51,165 bases of DNA. It comes from a bacterium. Lineage in GTDB: Bacteria; Patescibacteriota; Minisyncoccia; Phycocordibacterales; Zambryskibacteraceae. Below are positions 38,455 through 48,191 of this stretch, one piece after another. The stretch's first letter is position 1, and the number at the start of each line of letters is the position of its first letter. The DNA lies in assembly GCA_030649135.1 (NCBI GenBank), contig JAUSGI010000007.1, forward strand, positions 1 to 51,165, in the 5' to 3' direction. The notes under the pieces were generated by a model. The model worked only from the letters and a program-made list of their open reading frames with translations. It ran no database searches and had not been told where the DNA came from. The position numbers and the translations under genes are program-made.

Positions 38455-39066
38455 TCACCCTGGTAATTGTTGTAAAACGATCCATCTGATGTCATCTGCA
38501 ACCTCAACCTCTCGGTCGACTGGCGCCTCGAATGTGAGAACTTCAACATCTTGTGGAACGTAGCGTCTAGCGCCACGGAACTTACTTTTGCTAATGAACC
38601 CATCAAGTGAACTTTCCACCAAGTGGACTTCCTTATTTGCGGCGTGAATTACTGTTCCGTCGTCAGTCGCTATACCGACATGACCAACGCCATTAGAAGG
38701 GTCGTCATGGTAGTAGTCAATCCGACCGGAGACAAATATGACATCGCCAGCGACAAGTTCGTCGATATTTATGACTTCGCCAAGTTCCCGCTGCTGGATA
38801 GAGCGTCGTGGCAACCAGATGCCACGTTGTGCGTAAAGCCACTTCACAAAGCTCGAGCAATCAACAATTGCCGGAGCTTTGGAAGGTCTTGCGCCACGGC
38901 GATACTGCGATGTGCCGATGTACTGTCGGGCAAGCGCAATGATATCCACTTCTACTAACACAAAACCTTGGCGGTTCAGTATAGTCAAAGTTTCTTCGCG
39001 CGAAATAGGCAGGCGTAGAGAACCAAGGATGACCGCGCAGCGGTTGCCAACGGCTCGATACTCCAT
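38455..39066 (-). CDS. NlpC/P60-family cell-wall peptidase
   Basis: Cys-His core (DCSSFVKWLY ... GHVGI). GAGGAGG RBS before MEYRAV at 39066. Confidence 0.8.
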   Translation of the reverse strand: MEYRAVGNRCAVILGSLRLPISREETLTILNRQGFVLVEVDIIALARQYIGTSQYRRGARPSKAPAIVDCSSFVKWLYAQRGIWLPRRSIQQRELGEVINIDELVAGDVIFVSGRIDYYHDDPSNGVGHVGIATDDGTVIHAANKEVHLVESSLDGFISKSKFRGARRYVPQDVEVLTFEAPVDREVEVADDIRWIVLQQLPG

Positions 39067-39096
39067 GTTTTCCTCCTCTGGTTGATGTTGGAAAGA

Positions 39097-39121
39097 ACAA
39101 AAAACTGCCCCAGCGGGGCAA
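39097..39121 (-). terminator. Rho-independent terminator after rplK (ctgcccc-agc-ggggcag + TTTTTT)
   Basis: 7-bp GC stem followed by six T on the minus strand. Confidence 0.7.
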
Positions 39122-39225
39122 GTTTCGAGGTTTGGGAAATCCAAACCTGCCCCCTAAGTCAGTTTAGAGAAAGAGTAGATAAACCCGGACCAAGTTTTCG
39201 TATTTTGATTATAAAGCATGATATT

Positions 39226-39651
39226 CTATCCCTTAACATCAACCCCCATTGACCTTGCTGTGCCTGCAATAATCTTGGAAGCGGCTTCGACATCGTTGGC
39301 ATTCAAATCAACCATCTTCTTCTCGGCGATTTCTTTCAGTTGAGTCTTGGTCAAAGTTCCAACTTTAAGAGTGGTGTTCGTGCCAGAGCCTTTTTCTTTA
39401 CCAAGAGCTTTGAGAATTAAAGCTGAAGCTGGTTCAGTTTTATAAGTCAGTCTATAACTCTTGTCTTCAAATATCTCGACTACCGTAGGCACCGTCTCGC
39501 CTTTGCGGTCTTTGGTCTCCTCATTAAAACGTTTGACGAATTCGCCAATAGGAATACCGGCGGAGCCGAGCACCGGTCCGAGCTGTTGGCCCGGTACCGC
39601 TTGTCCACCGGGAATCTGGAGTTTAAGAACCTTTATAACTTTTTTAGCCAT
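39226..39651 (-). CDS. rplK: 50S ribosomal protein L11
   Basis: Conserved GPALG-type region (PGQQLGPVLGSAGI) and the L11 C-terminal domain. Confidence 0.95.
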   Translation of the reverse strand: MAKKVIKVLKLQIPGGQAVPGQQLGPVLGSAGIPIGEFVKRFNEETKDRKGETVPTVVEIFEDKSYRLTYKTEPASALILKALGKEKGSGTNTTLKVGTLTKTQLKEIAEKKMVDLNANDVEAASKIIAGTARSMGVDVKG

Positions 39652-39670
39652 AATAGAGCGTCAGAATACG

Positions 39671-40216
39671 TTAAACCTTTTTAACTTGCAAGAAATCGAG
39701 CTCAACGGGGGTCTCCCGTCCGAACATGTTGACTAAAACTTTAACCTTGCCACGCTCCTCATCAATCCCGGAAACTTTACCCTCAAGTTCCTTGAACGGC
39801 CCGTCAATAATCAAAACAGCATCGTTTTCCAAGAGGTTGATGGTATGCGTCACCTTATCGGCAGACATCCTGGCAAAGAGCACATCCACCTCTGATTTAT
39901 CGATTGGCACAGGATAGACCCCGGAGCCGACGAAGCCCGTCACTCTCGGGGTATTGCGAACCACATACCAAGAGTCGTCAGTAACAATCATATCTACTAA
40001 AATATAACCAGGATAAATTTTTTCCTCTTCCTCGACTCGTTTACCACCTTTAATTTTAATTTTTTTCTCGGTCGGCACGATAACATTGAAGATTTTATCC
40101 TCCATACCCAAGGACTCAATGCGCTGTTTAAGGTTGCGCATCACCGCATTTTCGTACCCAGCATAGGTGTGGACCACATACCAGTTCCTGCCCTCGGAAA
40201 TTTTTTGTTTCGCCAT
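39671..40216 (-). CDS. nusG: Transcription antitermination factor NusG
   Basis: NGN domain (NWYVVHTYAGYE) and C-terminal KOW (GKVKVLVNMFGRETPVELDF). Start MAKQKI at 40216. Confidence 0.9.
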   Translation of the reverse strand: MAKQKISEGRNWYVVHTYAGYENAVMRNLKQRIESLGMEDKIFNVIVPTEKKIKIKGGKRVEEEEKIYPGYILVDMIVTDDSWYVVRNTPRVTGFVGSGVYPVPIDKSEVDVLFARMSADKVTHTINLLENDAVLIIDGPFKELEGKVSGIDEERGKVKVLVNMFGRETPVELDFLQVKKV

Positions 40217-40220
40217 ATTC

Positions 40221-40403
40221 TTATAGGATGAACTTTTGGAGTACAAGCGAGAAAAGGTAATCGAAAAAACCCAAGAAAAGAGATACCGAAATTGAGATAA
40301 CAATCACAACAACTGTGAAGATTACAGACTGTCGTCGCGTCGGCCAGGAGACGTGTTCGAGCTCCCCGCGTGTTTCTTTGATGTAATTTATCAGTCGATT
40401 CAT
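40221..40403 (-). CDS. secE: Preprotein translocase subunit SecE
   Basis: 60 aa with a single C-terminal TM. Positioned directly upstream of nusG. Confidence 0.85.
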   Translation of the reverse strand: MNRLINYIKETRGELEHVSWPTRRQSVIFTVVVIVISISVSLFLGFFDYLFSLVLQKFIL

Positions 40404-40481
40404 AATTTGTGGTTATAAAAAACACCCCCTTGGGCGTCTTTTAATCATACTATAGACACACCTCCGCCGTCAACCTTGAAA

Positions 40482-41267
40482 TTACCTTATCTCGTAGACA
40501 ATAGTAACACTCACATTTACTTTGTTTTCTCCCGCGGGAATAGTCGGGGCTGGCGCGCTAGATTTAACCATATCCCCTCCAAAACCCTCTGCGTAATATG
40601 GCGTTATTCCTCCGCTATTGTCATAGAAACTCACTACCCGCACCAACCGCACCCCCAATTCCTTGGCGAGCATCTTGGCCTTTTTTTCCGCATTCGTGAT
40701 GGCTTCGGCCCGAGCTTCATCCAGTATTTTGTCTGGGTCGTCAACTGTGAAAGAAATCCCCGAGAGTCCTGTAGCGCCGTTATCCCCAACGATGGCGAAT
40801 GCTTTACCCACATCTTCAGTCTTTCTTACTTTGACGGAAATGGTATGGCTTACCTCATAACCGGTAAGCACTTGTTTCCCGGGAGGGCAGTAGCTTGGGT
40901 AACTTTGAATACAGACTGTTCCCGAATATTCATACGTTGGGAATGAATTGTAACCGGTCGTCTCGATATCTTTCTCCTCAATACCGAGCGCTTCAAGCCC
41001 AGCCAAGATAGCATCCATTTTCCCGGTCACTTGGCCTTGGGCATCACTTACCGTCTTGGCATCGCCGGAAACGGTAAAGGAGAAAGTGGCGACATCAGGC
41101 AGAGAGACAGCTTCCCCAACGCCCGAGACTGAAATAGAATTATACGTCGGACTGATATTACGTAAATTTTTTAATGATACGAGGGCTTCAGCGGCCAGAA
41201 ATATCGCCAGCACAATGAGCGTAATCCTGACCCATTTCAATACCTTTTGAGCGTCTTCTGTGTTCAT
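40482..41267 (-). CDS. SIMPL/DUF541-domain periplasmic protein
   Basis: N-terminal TM and DUF541-like repeats. Confidence 0.6.
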   Translation of the reverse strand: MNTEDAQKVLKWVRITLIVLAIFLAAEALVSLKNLRNISPTYNSISVSGVGEAVSLPDVATFSFTVSGDAKTVSDAQGQVTGKMDAILAGLEALGIEEKDIETTGYNSFPTYEYSGTVCIQSYPSYCPPGKQVLTGYEVSHTISVKVRKTEDVGKAFAIVGDNGATGLSGISFTVDDPDKILDEARAEAITNAEKKAKMLAKELGVRLVRVVSFYDNSGGITPYYAEGFGGDMVKSSAPAPTIPAGENKVNVSVTIVYEIR

Positions 41268-41284
41268 AATTGTTAATTATATCA

Positions 41285-42016
41285 TTAACCAATTCTATTT
41301 CTCAACGGACGCCTATTTTCGATAAAAATATTGAAGAGTAGAACCGTGAAGCTCACAGACAAGAGCCCGAGAGCAATACCGGCCAAGATATCGAGTGTCC
41401 AATGCGCTCCGAGATAAAGTCGGGAGAAGCAAATAAGCGTCGCGGCAAAGACAGAGCTGAGCACTAAAACTGTCTTGCCTCTTAGGGTCTTTGTTTTACC
41501 GAAGAAAGAATATGCCAGCATGAAAAAGAAAGTAGTGGCGACCGTAGCGTGCCCGGAAGGGAAACTCCAGAGACTCCAGCCGTTAACATCGACAATTTCC
41601 GAACCCGGCCGCGTAATTTGGAAAGTGTTTTTCAGTACCGTCAGCGAAACCACAGAGATAATCATAGACACAACGAAAAGGGCGGCATCATAACGACGAC
41701 CTCGCATGATAAGCAGTGCGGCAATCAGGGCAGTTGCCGATGAAAGCATAAAGGGATTACCTAATCTGGTCACGGCCACCAGAATAGTGGTTAGAAATGG
41801 CGTGCGCGTATGCACTACCACGCGCTCAATGGCGGTATTTAGAGGTATCAATTCCGCCCCGGAGAGCAAACCTTCAATAATAATCACGAGCACTAGTCCA
41901 GAAATCATGTAGACCAAGAGAAAGAGAATATTTTTCGCCCAATTCGGAAACATCATGACTTTAAGCGTATCATAAAATACCGGAAGCTTAATAACTGATT
42001 GCGTTAGCGAGCGCAT
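41285..42016 (-). CDS. PAP2-family phosphatase (e.g. undecaprenyl-diphosphatase type)
   Basis: KxxxxxxRP / PSGH / SRxxxxxHxxxD motifs (RPGSEIV, PSGHATVA, SRLYLGAHWTLD). Confidence 0.85.
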   Translation of the reverse strand: MRSLTQSVIKLPVFYDTLKVMMFPNWAKNILFLLVYMISGLVLVIIIEGLLSGAELIPLNTAIERVVVHTRTPFLTTILVAVTRLGNPFMLSSATALIAALLIMRGRRYDAALFVVSMIISVVSLTVLKNTFQITRPGSEIVDVNGWSLWSFPSGHATVATTFFFMLAYSFFGKTKTLRGKTVLVLSSVFAATLICFSRLYLGAHWTLDILAGIALGLLSVSFTVLLFNIFIENRRPLRNRIG

Positions 42017-43919
42017 TCACCAGGATATCAAGCTCCATGGTGGCAACTCCGACCACCTTATCCGCGCCTCCATAGTAGAGGTAAAGTAGTCCGTTGCGTA
42101 CTGTCATGCCACAGGGAAAAATCACATTATTTACTATGCCCTCCTTCTCGTACGGTTCTTCCGGTTCCAATATTGGGTCGGCGGAACGTGACAATACGAT
42201 GGTTGGGTCTTTGAGGTCCAAGAGAACCGCGCCAATGCGATAAGTGTGGTGACGTTCAGAGACGGCATGATAGAGAAGGACCCAACCTTTTTTGGTCTTG
42301 ACCGGTGGGGCAGTGATACCGACTTTGGCACTATCCCACGTCCCGGGCCTTGGTCCGAAAATTCTGATGCACTTATCCACCGTCTCTGTCCGGAAATCCA
42401 ATGACTTGAGAAAATCGCCACAAATATCCGTCCCGATACGATGAAGTATCAGATACTTACCCCCCACCTTCTCCGGGAAAATGCAGGTATCCTTATCATC
42501 GATACCTTTCGGAGTAATGAGCTCCGGTTTCGACCAGTTCCAACGACGCGAGAGAAAATCTTTTTCGTTTATAGAAGTAACAGCTACTCGCGGAGGACCA
42601 ATGCCGTCAAAAGCGGTGTAGCACATATATAAGGTCTTGCCGATTTTGGTAACACGCGGGTCTTCACATCCTGAATTGGCCCCCTCTATTTTCTTAGTTT
42701 CGAAATCTTCGCGCGGGATATAAATCGGTTCATTAAGACGCTCGGCCACACTCGTACCGTCAACACTTAGAGCGTAACCGATAGTGGCGGTGTTGTCGTT
42801 AGAGAGAGCGCGATAGAGAATATGAATTTTGCCCCCGAGGTCAATGGCGGCGGGATTAAATGTTGCCTTTGATTCCCAAGAATGAGCCTCGATGGGCGTG
42901 ATAATGGGATTCCCCTCGAAACGTTTGAAGCGCCAGCGATGCCTCGTTTCACTCCAGATACTGGAGATTAGGTCGTCGACATTAACATGAGCGGCACAAA
43001 TAGTAGTGTCCGAGGCACCGTAATATATGGTCAAAATATTGTCCTCTAGCAGTGCCCCGGAAGGAAAAACAATATTGGAGACGTGACCGGAGATTTCATA
43101 AGGTTCTTCCGGCACTATCATGGGACCATTGGTGCGTCCGATAATTTTATGAGGGTCTTTCAGGTCAAGCAGGAGCGCTTCGATGCCAAACTGGGGTCTA
43201 AAATTTTCCGATGAGGCAAAATAATGTTCAATGTGCGAGTAAATGAGAAGCCAACCATACTTTGTCTTGACTGGAGTTGCCCCGATTTCAACATGGTCAT
43301 GCTCCGTTCGGCGCGGGTCTATAACAAACTTGTCAATCTCACTATGCCACTTCTCCCAAAATGCAGGTGACCATAACTCTTCGATACTATCAGTCTGAAC
43401 AATAGCCATTTTCGCCGGTGGAGTATCGGTATGGGCGCTGAAAATGGCCGTCACCTTACCGTTTATCCTCTCCGGGAAAAGGGTCATGGCTTTGGCGTTG
43501 AAAGGTGTGACCGGATGCCGCTCGCTCACTCGTTTAAGGTCATCCGAAATGGCCACAGCCACTTTGATGCCCTCGGCGCTGAACGGATAAGTCGAAAGTG
43601 CTGTGTAGAAAATATAGAAACGCCCTTCAAAAAAAGTTACGCGCGGGTCCTCACAGCCGAACTTCTCCCAATCTTCTTCCGGTACGATAAACTGTCTTCT
43701 GCCCTCGAAATGCAGGCCATCCGAACTCTTGGCGATACCGATAGTGGATATTTGATCCGGAGTTCGCAGAGAATCTCTGCTAGATATTGCTCGATACAAA
43801 CCATAGATGCCACGGCCACGCTTCACCACAGACATATTGTAAGTAGCGAACGCTTCCCAATGATGGTCTCTCGTGGGTACCAGAACCGGATTCTCTTGTG
43901 ATCGCTTGACTACAAACAT
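41988..43919 (-). CDS. Tandem GH130/DUF377-type glycoside phosphorylase (two domains)
   Basis: GCEDPRV motif occurs twice (aa ~90 and ~415), each with five-bladed propeller-like repeats. Confidence 0.75.
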   Translation of the reverse strand: MFVVKRSQENPVLVPTRDHHWEAFATYNMSVVKRGRGIYGLYRAISSRDSLRTPDQISTIGIAKSSDGLHFEGRRQFIVPEEDWEKFGCEDPRVTFFEGRFYIFYTALSTYPFSAEGIKVAVAISDDLKRVSERHPVTPFNAKAMTLFPERINGKVTAIFSAHTDTPPAKMAIVQTDSIEELWSPAFWEKWHSEIDKFVIDPRRTEHDHVEIGATPVKTKYGWLLIYSHIEHYFASSENFRPQFGIEALLLDLKDPHKIIGRTNGPMIVPEEPYEISGHVSNIVFPSGALLEDNILTIYYGASDTTICAAHVNVDDLISSIWSETRHRWRFKRFEGNPIITPIEAHSWESKATFNPAAIDLGGKIHILYRALSNDNTATIGYALSVDGTSVAERLNEPIYIPREDFETKKIEGANSGCEDPRVTKIGKTLYMCYTAFDGIGPPRVAVTSINEKDFLSRRWNWSKPELITPKGIDDKDTCIFPEKVGGKYLILHRIGTDICGDFLKSLDFRTETVDKCIRIFGPRPGTWDSAKVGITAPPVKTKKGWVLLYHAVSERHHTYRIGAVLLDLKDPTIVLSRSADPILEPEEPYEKEGIVNNVIFPCGMTVRNGLLYLYYGGADKVVGVATMELDILVNALANAISY

Positions 43920-43925
43920 ACAAGT

Positions 43926-45134
43926 CTATACCACCCTGGTAGATTTAACTGAAAAAACCGCATGTTCATTCTTCATGAGTTTCCGGACAAATTCGTTCAA
44001 ATTGGCATAGGCCACGCCAATGTGCTTGTCACCCCCTCCGTAATATATAAAAAGGGTGTCGCCTTTAACAATCGCCCCGGAGGCGTAGATGATGCCCGGT
44101 TTCCAGTCATTTTCGTACCATTCATCAGGTTCAAGCACAGGATAGTTGGAGCGGAAAAGTATTTTGTTTGGGTCTTGAAGGTCAAGAAGCATGGCCCCAA
44201 GTTTGTAGCGATTGGGATCGTTTTTATCCATAGCATGATAAAAGAGAAGCCAACCATACTTAGTCTTAATGGGTGGCGCGGAAGCACTACGCGTACGGTT
44301 GTGCCAAGCAACTATATGGTTCGGCAAAGTATGAGGGTCGGGAGCCTCTGCCTGCGTTGGCGCTTGATACATATCGAGCTCATCTAGATAGGCAACGTGC
44401 ACTCGGGAAGCATCTCCTTTGTCTAAGTTATGAAAAAGCGCGAACTTCCCGTTGATTTTTTCCGGAAATAAAACCCAATTTTTCTGTCGGTCTCCAGGTG
44501 GAGAAAGATGGGCGAACTTGCTCCAACGCCATCTCTCGTTGGCAAGATCATCTTCATCAATGGAAGTAAATGCTACTCTCATCGAGTTCCATCCATTGAG
44601 CATATTGAAAGTCAGATATATACGACCATCAATTTTGACTGCTCGCGGGTCTTCACATCCGCCCCAACCACCTCCTGACGCATAGAGAACTCGGTCATAG
44701 ACAGGCGTAACTGGAGAAGTGTACGGATAGTGTTTGGGGGGTTGAGCTTCTGGTATATAGACAGGATGAGGACATCGTTTATCAAAGTGAATGCCATCCA
44801 GACTTGACGCATAGCCAATACGGGAAATGCCATCTGGGCCCAGAGCGCGATAGAAAAGGTGGATACGTCCATCGTGCATAACTGCGCCGGGATTGAAGAC
44901 TGCTTCCGATTCCCAATACGAACCTGACGCCGGGCCGATGATTGGATTGTAGCGGGACCTGCGAAGGTCAAGCGCCCTTGGTTTCCTTGGCTTGCCTCCC
45001 TTTCGCGCTCGCTTAAGCACTCGCCTCTTTGCAACCTTCTTGGCGATTTTTTTAGGCCTTTTTTTAGAAACAATCTTTTCCACCGCCCTTGGCGGGGTCC
45101 CGCTTTTAGCGGTGATTTTCTTAGGTGCGACCAT
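43926..45134 (-). CDS. GH130/DUF377-type glycoside phosphorylase with Lys/Arg-rich N-terminal tail
   Basis: GGCEDPRAVKIDGRIYLTF motif. The first ~55 aa are strongly basic (KKIAKKVAKRRVLKRARKGGKPRKPR). Confidence 0.75.
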   Translation of the reverse strand: MVAPKKITAKSGTPPRAVEKIVSKKRPKKIAKKVAKRRVLKRARKGGKPRKPRALDLRRSRYNPIIGPASGSYWESEAVFNPGAVMHDGRIHLFYRALGPDGISRIGYASSLDGIHFDKRCPHPVYIPEAQPPKHYPYTSPVTPVYDRVLYASGGGWGGCEDPRAVKIDGRIYLTFNMLNGWNSMRVAFTSIDEDDLANERWRWSKFAHLSPPGDRQKNWVLFPEKINGKFALFHNLDKGDASRVHVAYLDELDMYQAPTQAEAPDPHTLPNHIVAWHNRTRSASAPPIKTKYGWLLFYHAMDKNDPNRYKLGAMLLDLQDPNKILFRSNYPVLEPDEWYENDWKPGIIYASGAIVKGDTLFIYYGGGDKHIGVAYANLNEFVRKLMKNEHAVFSVKSTRVV

Positions 45135-45471
45135 ATTTGTCTTCTATTCTGACAATATCGGCTTCATCAAATTCGCCTCTGGAAATCTCCAAAACTTCTA
45201 CATCGTTATCTAAAGCTTCGATGCGATGTTCTGTCTCCGATGGAATCTCAAATTCATCCCCTACTTTGGCTCTGACGGTCTTGTCGCCAATAGTAATTTC
45301 AGGAGCACCCGATAGCACTCGCCAGAATTCATTTCTATTAAGGTGTTTTTGGAGACTGAAGGCTTCTCCCTTTTTTACGAACAGAATTTTAACGGTGCTC
45401 GGCTCATTTTTTATAAACTCCCGAAAACCTCCCCAGGGACGCTCTTCACTTGTGGGCTTTAGCTCCTTCAT
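45121..45471 (-). CDS. Cupin-domain protein (mannose-6-phosphate isomerase type-II C-terminal-like)
   Basis: Single cupin barrel with G(x)5HxH...E / ...H layout. Confidence 0.6.
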   Translation of the reverse strand: MKELKPTSEERPWGGFREFIKNEPSTVKILFVKKGEAFSLQKHLNRNEFWRVLSGAPEITIGDKTVRAKVGDEFEIPSETEHRIEALDNDVEVLEISRGEFDEADIVRIEDKYGRT

Positions 45472-45486
45472 CCGATTATTGTAGCA

Positions 45487-46242
45487 CTAGTTCTGCCCCA
45501 GAAATTCCAGTATGACCGTCTTTGTTTCCTCCGGGTTTGGGACTGTTCTGCAGGTTATACCCAAGGTTAGAACCGGTTCATCATTGCCTCCCTTGAATAA
45601 CTTGTCTCCAACGTAGAGAATATTTTCCTTTAAAATGCCAGTTTGCTCTATGAGCTTATTGAGTCCGTAGGCTTTATCTACGCCGACACGCGTCACCTCT
45701 ATAGAAGTAGTCCCGCCAATACGTATCGAGAAATCCGGCAGGGTATGCTTGAGCACTTCTGCCATCTGTGTGCGTTTCTTGTTATCCGGGTCCCACTTTT
45801 CCTTGAGTTCGATGGGTGCGTCTTGCCCTAAAGCGGAGAAATTGAGTTGAGCCCCCCGGTCTTCCACTAATTCCCCATAGATTTTATCGGGCCTTTCGAA
45901 TCCTGATTCTTCAAAAATATTTCCAAAGGCTGCCCGGATACGCTCCTTCTCCTCTTGCGGAAGCGGGGCGTCATGCCGACATTGCCAGCCATCTTCATAG
46001 CGGCAAAAGACAGTACCATCAGTCGGCAAGAGATAGAGATTTTTCATTTTCTCCGGCAGACATGATAGGTTGTCAAGAATCTGCCATTTGAACTGCTCAT
46101 AGCCGGCACCGGAAATAATCGCTACCCTATATTTCTCCATGAGCCGACAAAGTAGTGCCGCCATCTCGCTATCGAGCGGCAACTTGCTCCGCGTCAGTGT
46201 GCCATCGATATCAAAAACGATAATGTCGAATTTATTTAACAT
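45487..46242 (-). CDS. Eukaryotic-type phosphomannomutase (HAD family, PF03332-like)
   Basis: FDIDGTLT HAD motif I, plus PMM-specific GVDKAYGL and YVGDKLFKGGNDEPV blocks. Confidence 0.7.
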   Translation of the reverse strand: MLNKFDIIVFDIDGTLTRSKLPLDSEMAALLCRLMEKYRVAIISGAGYEQFKWQILDNLSCLPEKMKNLYLLPTDGTVFCRYEDGWQCRHDAPLPQEEKERIRAAFGNIFEESGFERPDKIYGELVEDRGAQLNFSALGQDAPIELKEKWDPDNKKRTQMAEVLKHTLPDFSIRIGGTTSIEVTRVGVDKAYGLNKLIEQTGILKENILYVGDKLFKGGNDEPVLTLGITCRTVPNPEETKTVILEFLGQN

Positions 46243-46914
46243 TTACCATGGAAGCTTATTGCTTTTAAACCAAAACTCTCCGGTTTCCGGATGAGTAACG
46301 GCAAACTCATAAATATATTTTGCCGCCTCTTCCGGAGAAATATCGGCCTCGGGTCCGCCCATTTCCGTCTTGACCCATCCGGGGTGAACTGAAGAAACAA
46401 TAACATCTCGACTTTGCATTCTTGCCGACAAAGTTCTGGTATACATGTTAAGAGCCGTTTTGGAAATTTTGTATGCAGGATAATGGTTTGGATAATGACT
46501 CGCGCCATTTGTTGCCAGCGCAAGCGAACCGGCGGTGGAGGAAATGTTTACGACATGGCCACCATCTTCAACGACAGAAATGATTTGCTCCGTGAAATCA
46601 ACGGTGCCAATGAGGTTTACTTCAAGTGTTTCTCTAAGTTTTTTCACTACCACATCGGTCTCTTCATCATCAATCAATATTCCGGCATTATTAATGAGGA
46701 CGGAAATTTTTTTGCCGGTTTCTCTAATGGCTTGCGCGCATTTCGAAATACTTTGCGAAGAAGACAAGTCAAGGGGAAAAGATAAAAGATTTTCGTTTGG
46801 AGCCGGCTTAGTTGTATGATATGTACCCAATACAAACCAACCTGCGGAGACAAACCTCTCTCTAAGCGCCTGACCAATACCCTTACCTACGCCAGTGATA
46901 AGAACCGTTTTCAA
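46243..46914 (-). CDS. Short-chain dehydrogenase/reductase
   Basis: TGVGKGIGQAL Rossmann motif and the YKISK catalytic dyad region. Confidence 0.85.
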   Translation of the reverse strand: MKTVLITGVGKGIGQALRERFVSAGWFVLGTYHTTKPAPNENLLSFPLDLSSSQSISKCAQAIRETGKKISVLINNAGILIDDEETDVVVKKLRETLEVNLIGTVDFTEQIISVVEDGGHVVNISSTAGSLALATNGASHYPNHYPAYKISKTALNMYTRTLSARMQSRDVIVSSVHPGWVKTEMGGPEADISPEEAAKYIYEFAVTHPETGEFWFKSNKLPW

Positions 46915-46917
46915 AGT

Positions 46918-47319
46918 TTATTCCGTAGTTACGCCGTCAAATTCCTCCTTACTCTGCTCTGCATCCGATTTCGTTTTCATGACGATTCCGTCCTTGTGAT
47001 GGGCCGGTGAATAGATCGTGTAGAACTTAAGGGGTTCGAGACTGGAAACATTAATAATATTATGCTGGGCGCCGGCGGGCACTATGACGGCGTCACCATC
47101 ACTTACATCATAAACGGTGTCGTTGATAATCACCTGCCCTTGGCCACGCTCGAAGCGGAAAAATTGGTCATTATCTTGGTGAATTTCCAGCCCAATCTCC
47201 TCCTTAGGCAGCAGGGACATCAATACCAGTTGCGAATGCTCACCGGTATAGAGCACTTTTCTAAAATCACTATTCTCAAGTGTTGCTTTTTCGATATTTT
47301 CTTTTAAACCTTTTTTCAT
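46918..47319 (-). CDS. Cupin-domain protein
   Basis: Small single-barrel cupin. Confidence 0.6.
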   Translation of the reverse strand: MKKGLKENIEKATLENSDFRKVLYTGEHSQLVLMSLLPKEEIGLEIHQDNDQFFRFERGQGQVIINDTVYDVSDGDAVIVPAGAQHNIINVSSLEPLKFYTIYSPAHHKDGIVMKTKSDAEQSKEEFDGVTTE

Positions 47320-47327
47320 TAATCTTA

Positions 47328-47729
47328 TTATACCAGATGGCGCGCTCTAATATATTCCTGTATTTTGAAAGAAATAAGCCCCAACAAACCAAGCTGTATC
47401 GCGGGAGTTAAACCCACTCGGAGAAGCGGAATCATGGGCATATAGGCGTTATATGCCCACCTGCCTGTTCGAAGCGCATACCACTCGATGCTGATAGCGA
47501 CAACAAGCCCGATAAACATGATAGCCCAACTCTGTTTTCTAAGTGAAGAAATAAACATGAATGGCAAAGTGATGATAGTAATCATCACCGCATCGGCCAG
47601 AGTGGCCCGCAAAAGAATCAGTTCAGTAATTTTGCCGCCCATATAGTTGTCATATAAAAACGAGTGCAAATTCTCCCATACCGCGTTCAAAATAAAAGCG
47701 GCCGTAAGTATTAATAATATCTTTTTCAT
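47328..47729 (-). CDS. Hypothetical integral membrane protein (4 TM)
   Basis: Hydropathy only. Confidence 0.5.
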   Translation of the reverse strand: MKKILLILTAAFILNAVWENLHSFLYDNYMGGKITELILLRATLADAVMITIITLPFMFISSLRKQSWAIMFIGLVVAISIEWYALRTGRWAYNAYMPMIPLLRVGLTPAIQLGLLGLISFKIQEYIRARHLV

Positions 47730-47759
47730 AATTTAAATTAAAGTGTAATCAAAAAATAT

Positions 47760-48191
47760 TTACCCGGCGTTCAAATTTTTTATATTTGCACTCAGAAAAG
47801 CCTTAATATCTTTAATAATTGGCTCTCTTTTTATGGGTCGGCTACCTGCAATATGTCTAGCAAACCTATAGAGTCTCTCATTACTAGTATGAATCCATTT
47901 GCCATTTTTATAAAGGAAATACAGTAGACTCATCACAGCAATCCTTTTGTTACCATTTTTAAATGGATGATTTTTAATAAGGAGGTAAAATAGCATGGCT
48001 CCCTTGTCTACAATACCTCTATATAGGTCCTTTTTACCAAATCTTGAAAAAGGAGTAGCGAGACAGCTTTCAAGAATGTTTGGAAAACGAGACCCAAACT
48101 CTGGAATAGGCTCACTCCAAGTCATAAACTTCTCTGCAAGATTAAAAGCTGTATATTCTACCTCGGCAATGCCTATAGGTTTAGTTCTCAT
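47760..48191 (-). CDS. doc: Doc/Fic-family toxin (death-on-curing)
   Basis: HPFKNGNKR Fic/Doc active-site motif. Confidence 0.85.
   Translation of the reverse strand: MRTKPIGIAEVEYTAFNLAEKFMTWSEPIPEFGSRFPNILESCLATPFSRFGKKDLYRGIVDKGAMLFYLLIKNHPFKNGNKRIAVMSLLYFLYKNGKWIHTSNERLYRFARHIAGSRPIKREPIIKDIKAFLSANIKNLNAG

Noticed and set aside
40404-40481. Expected tRNA-Trp upstream of secE
   Set aside because: The 78-bp spacer shows no cloverleaf-compatible sequence. The tRNA is not here.
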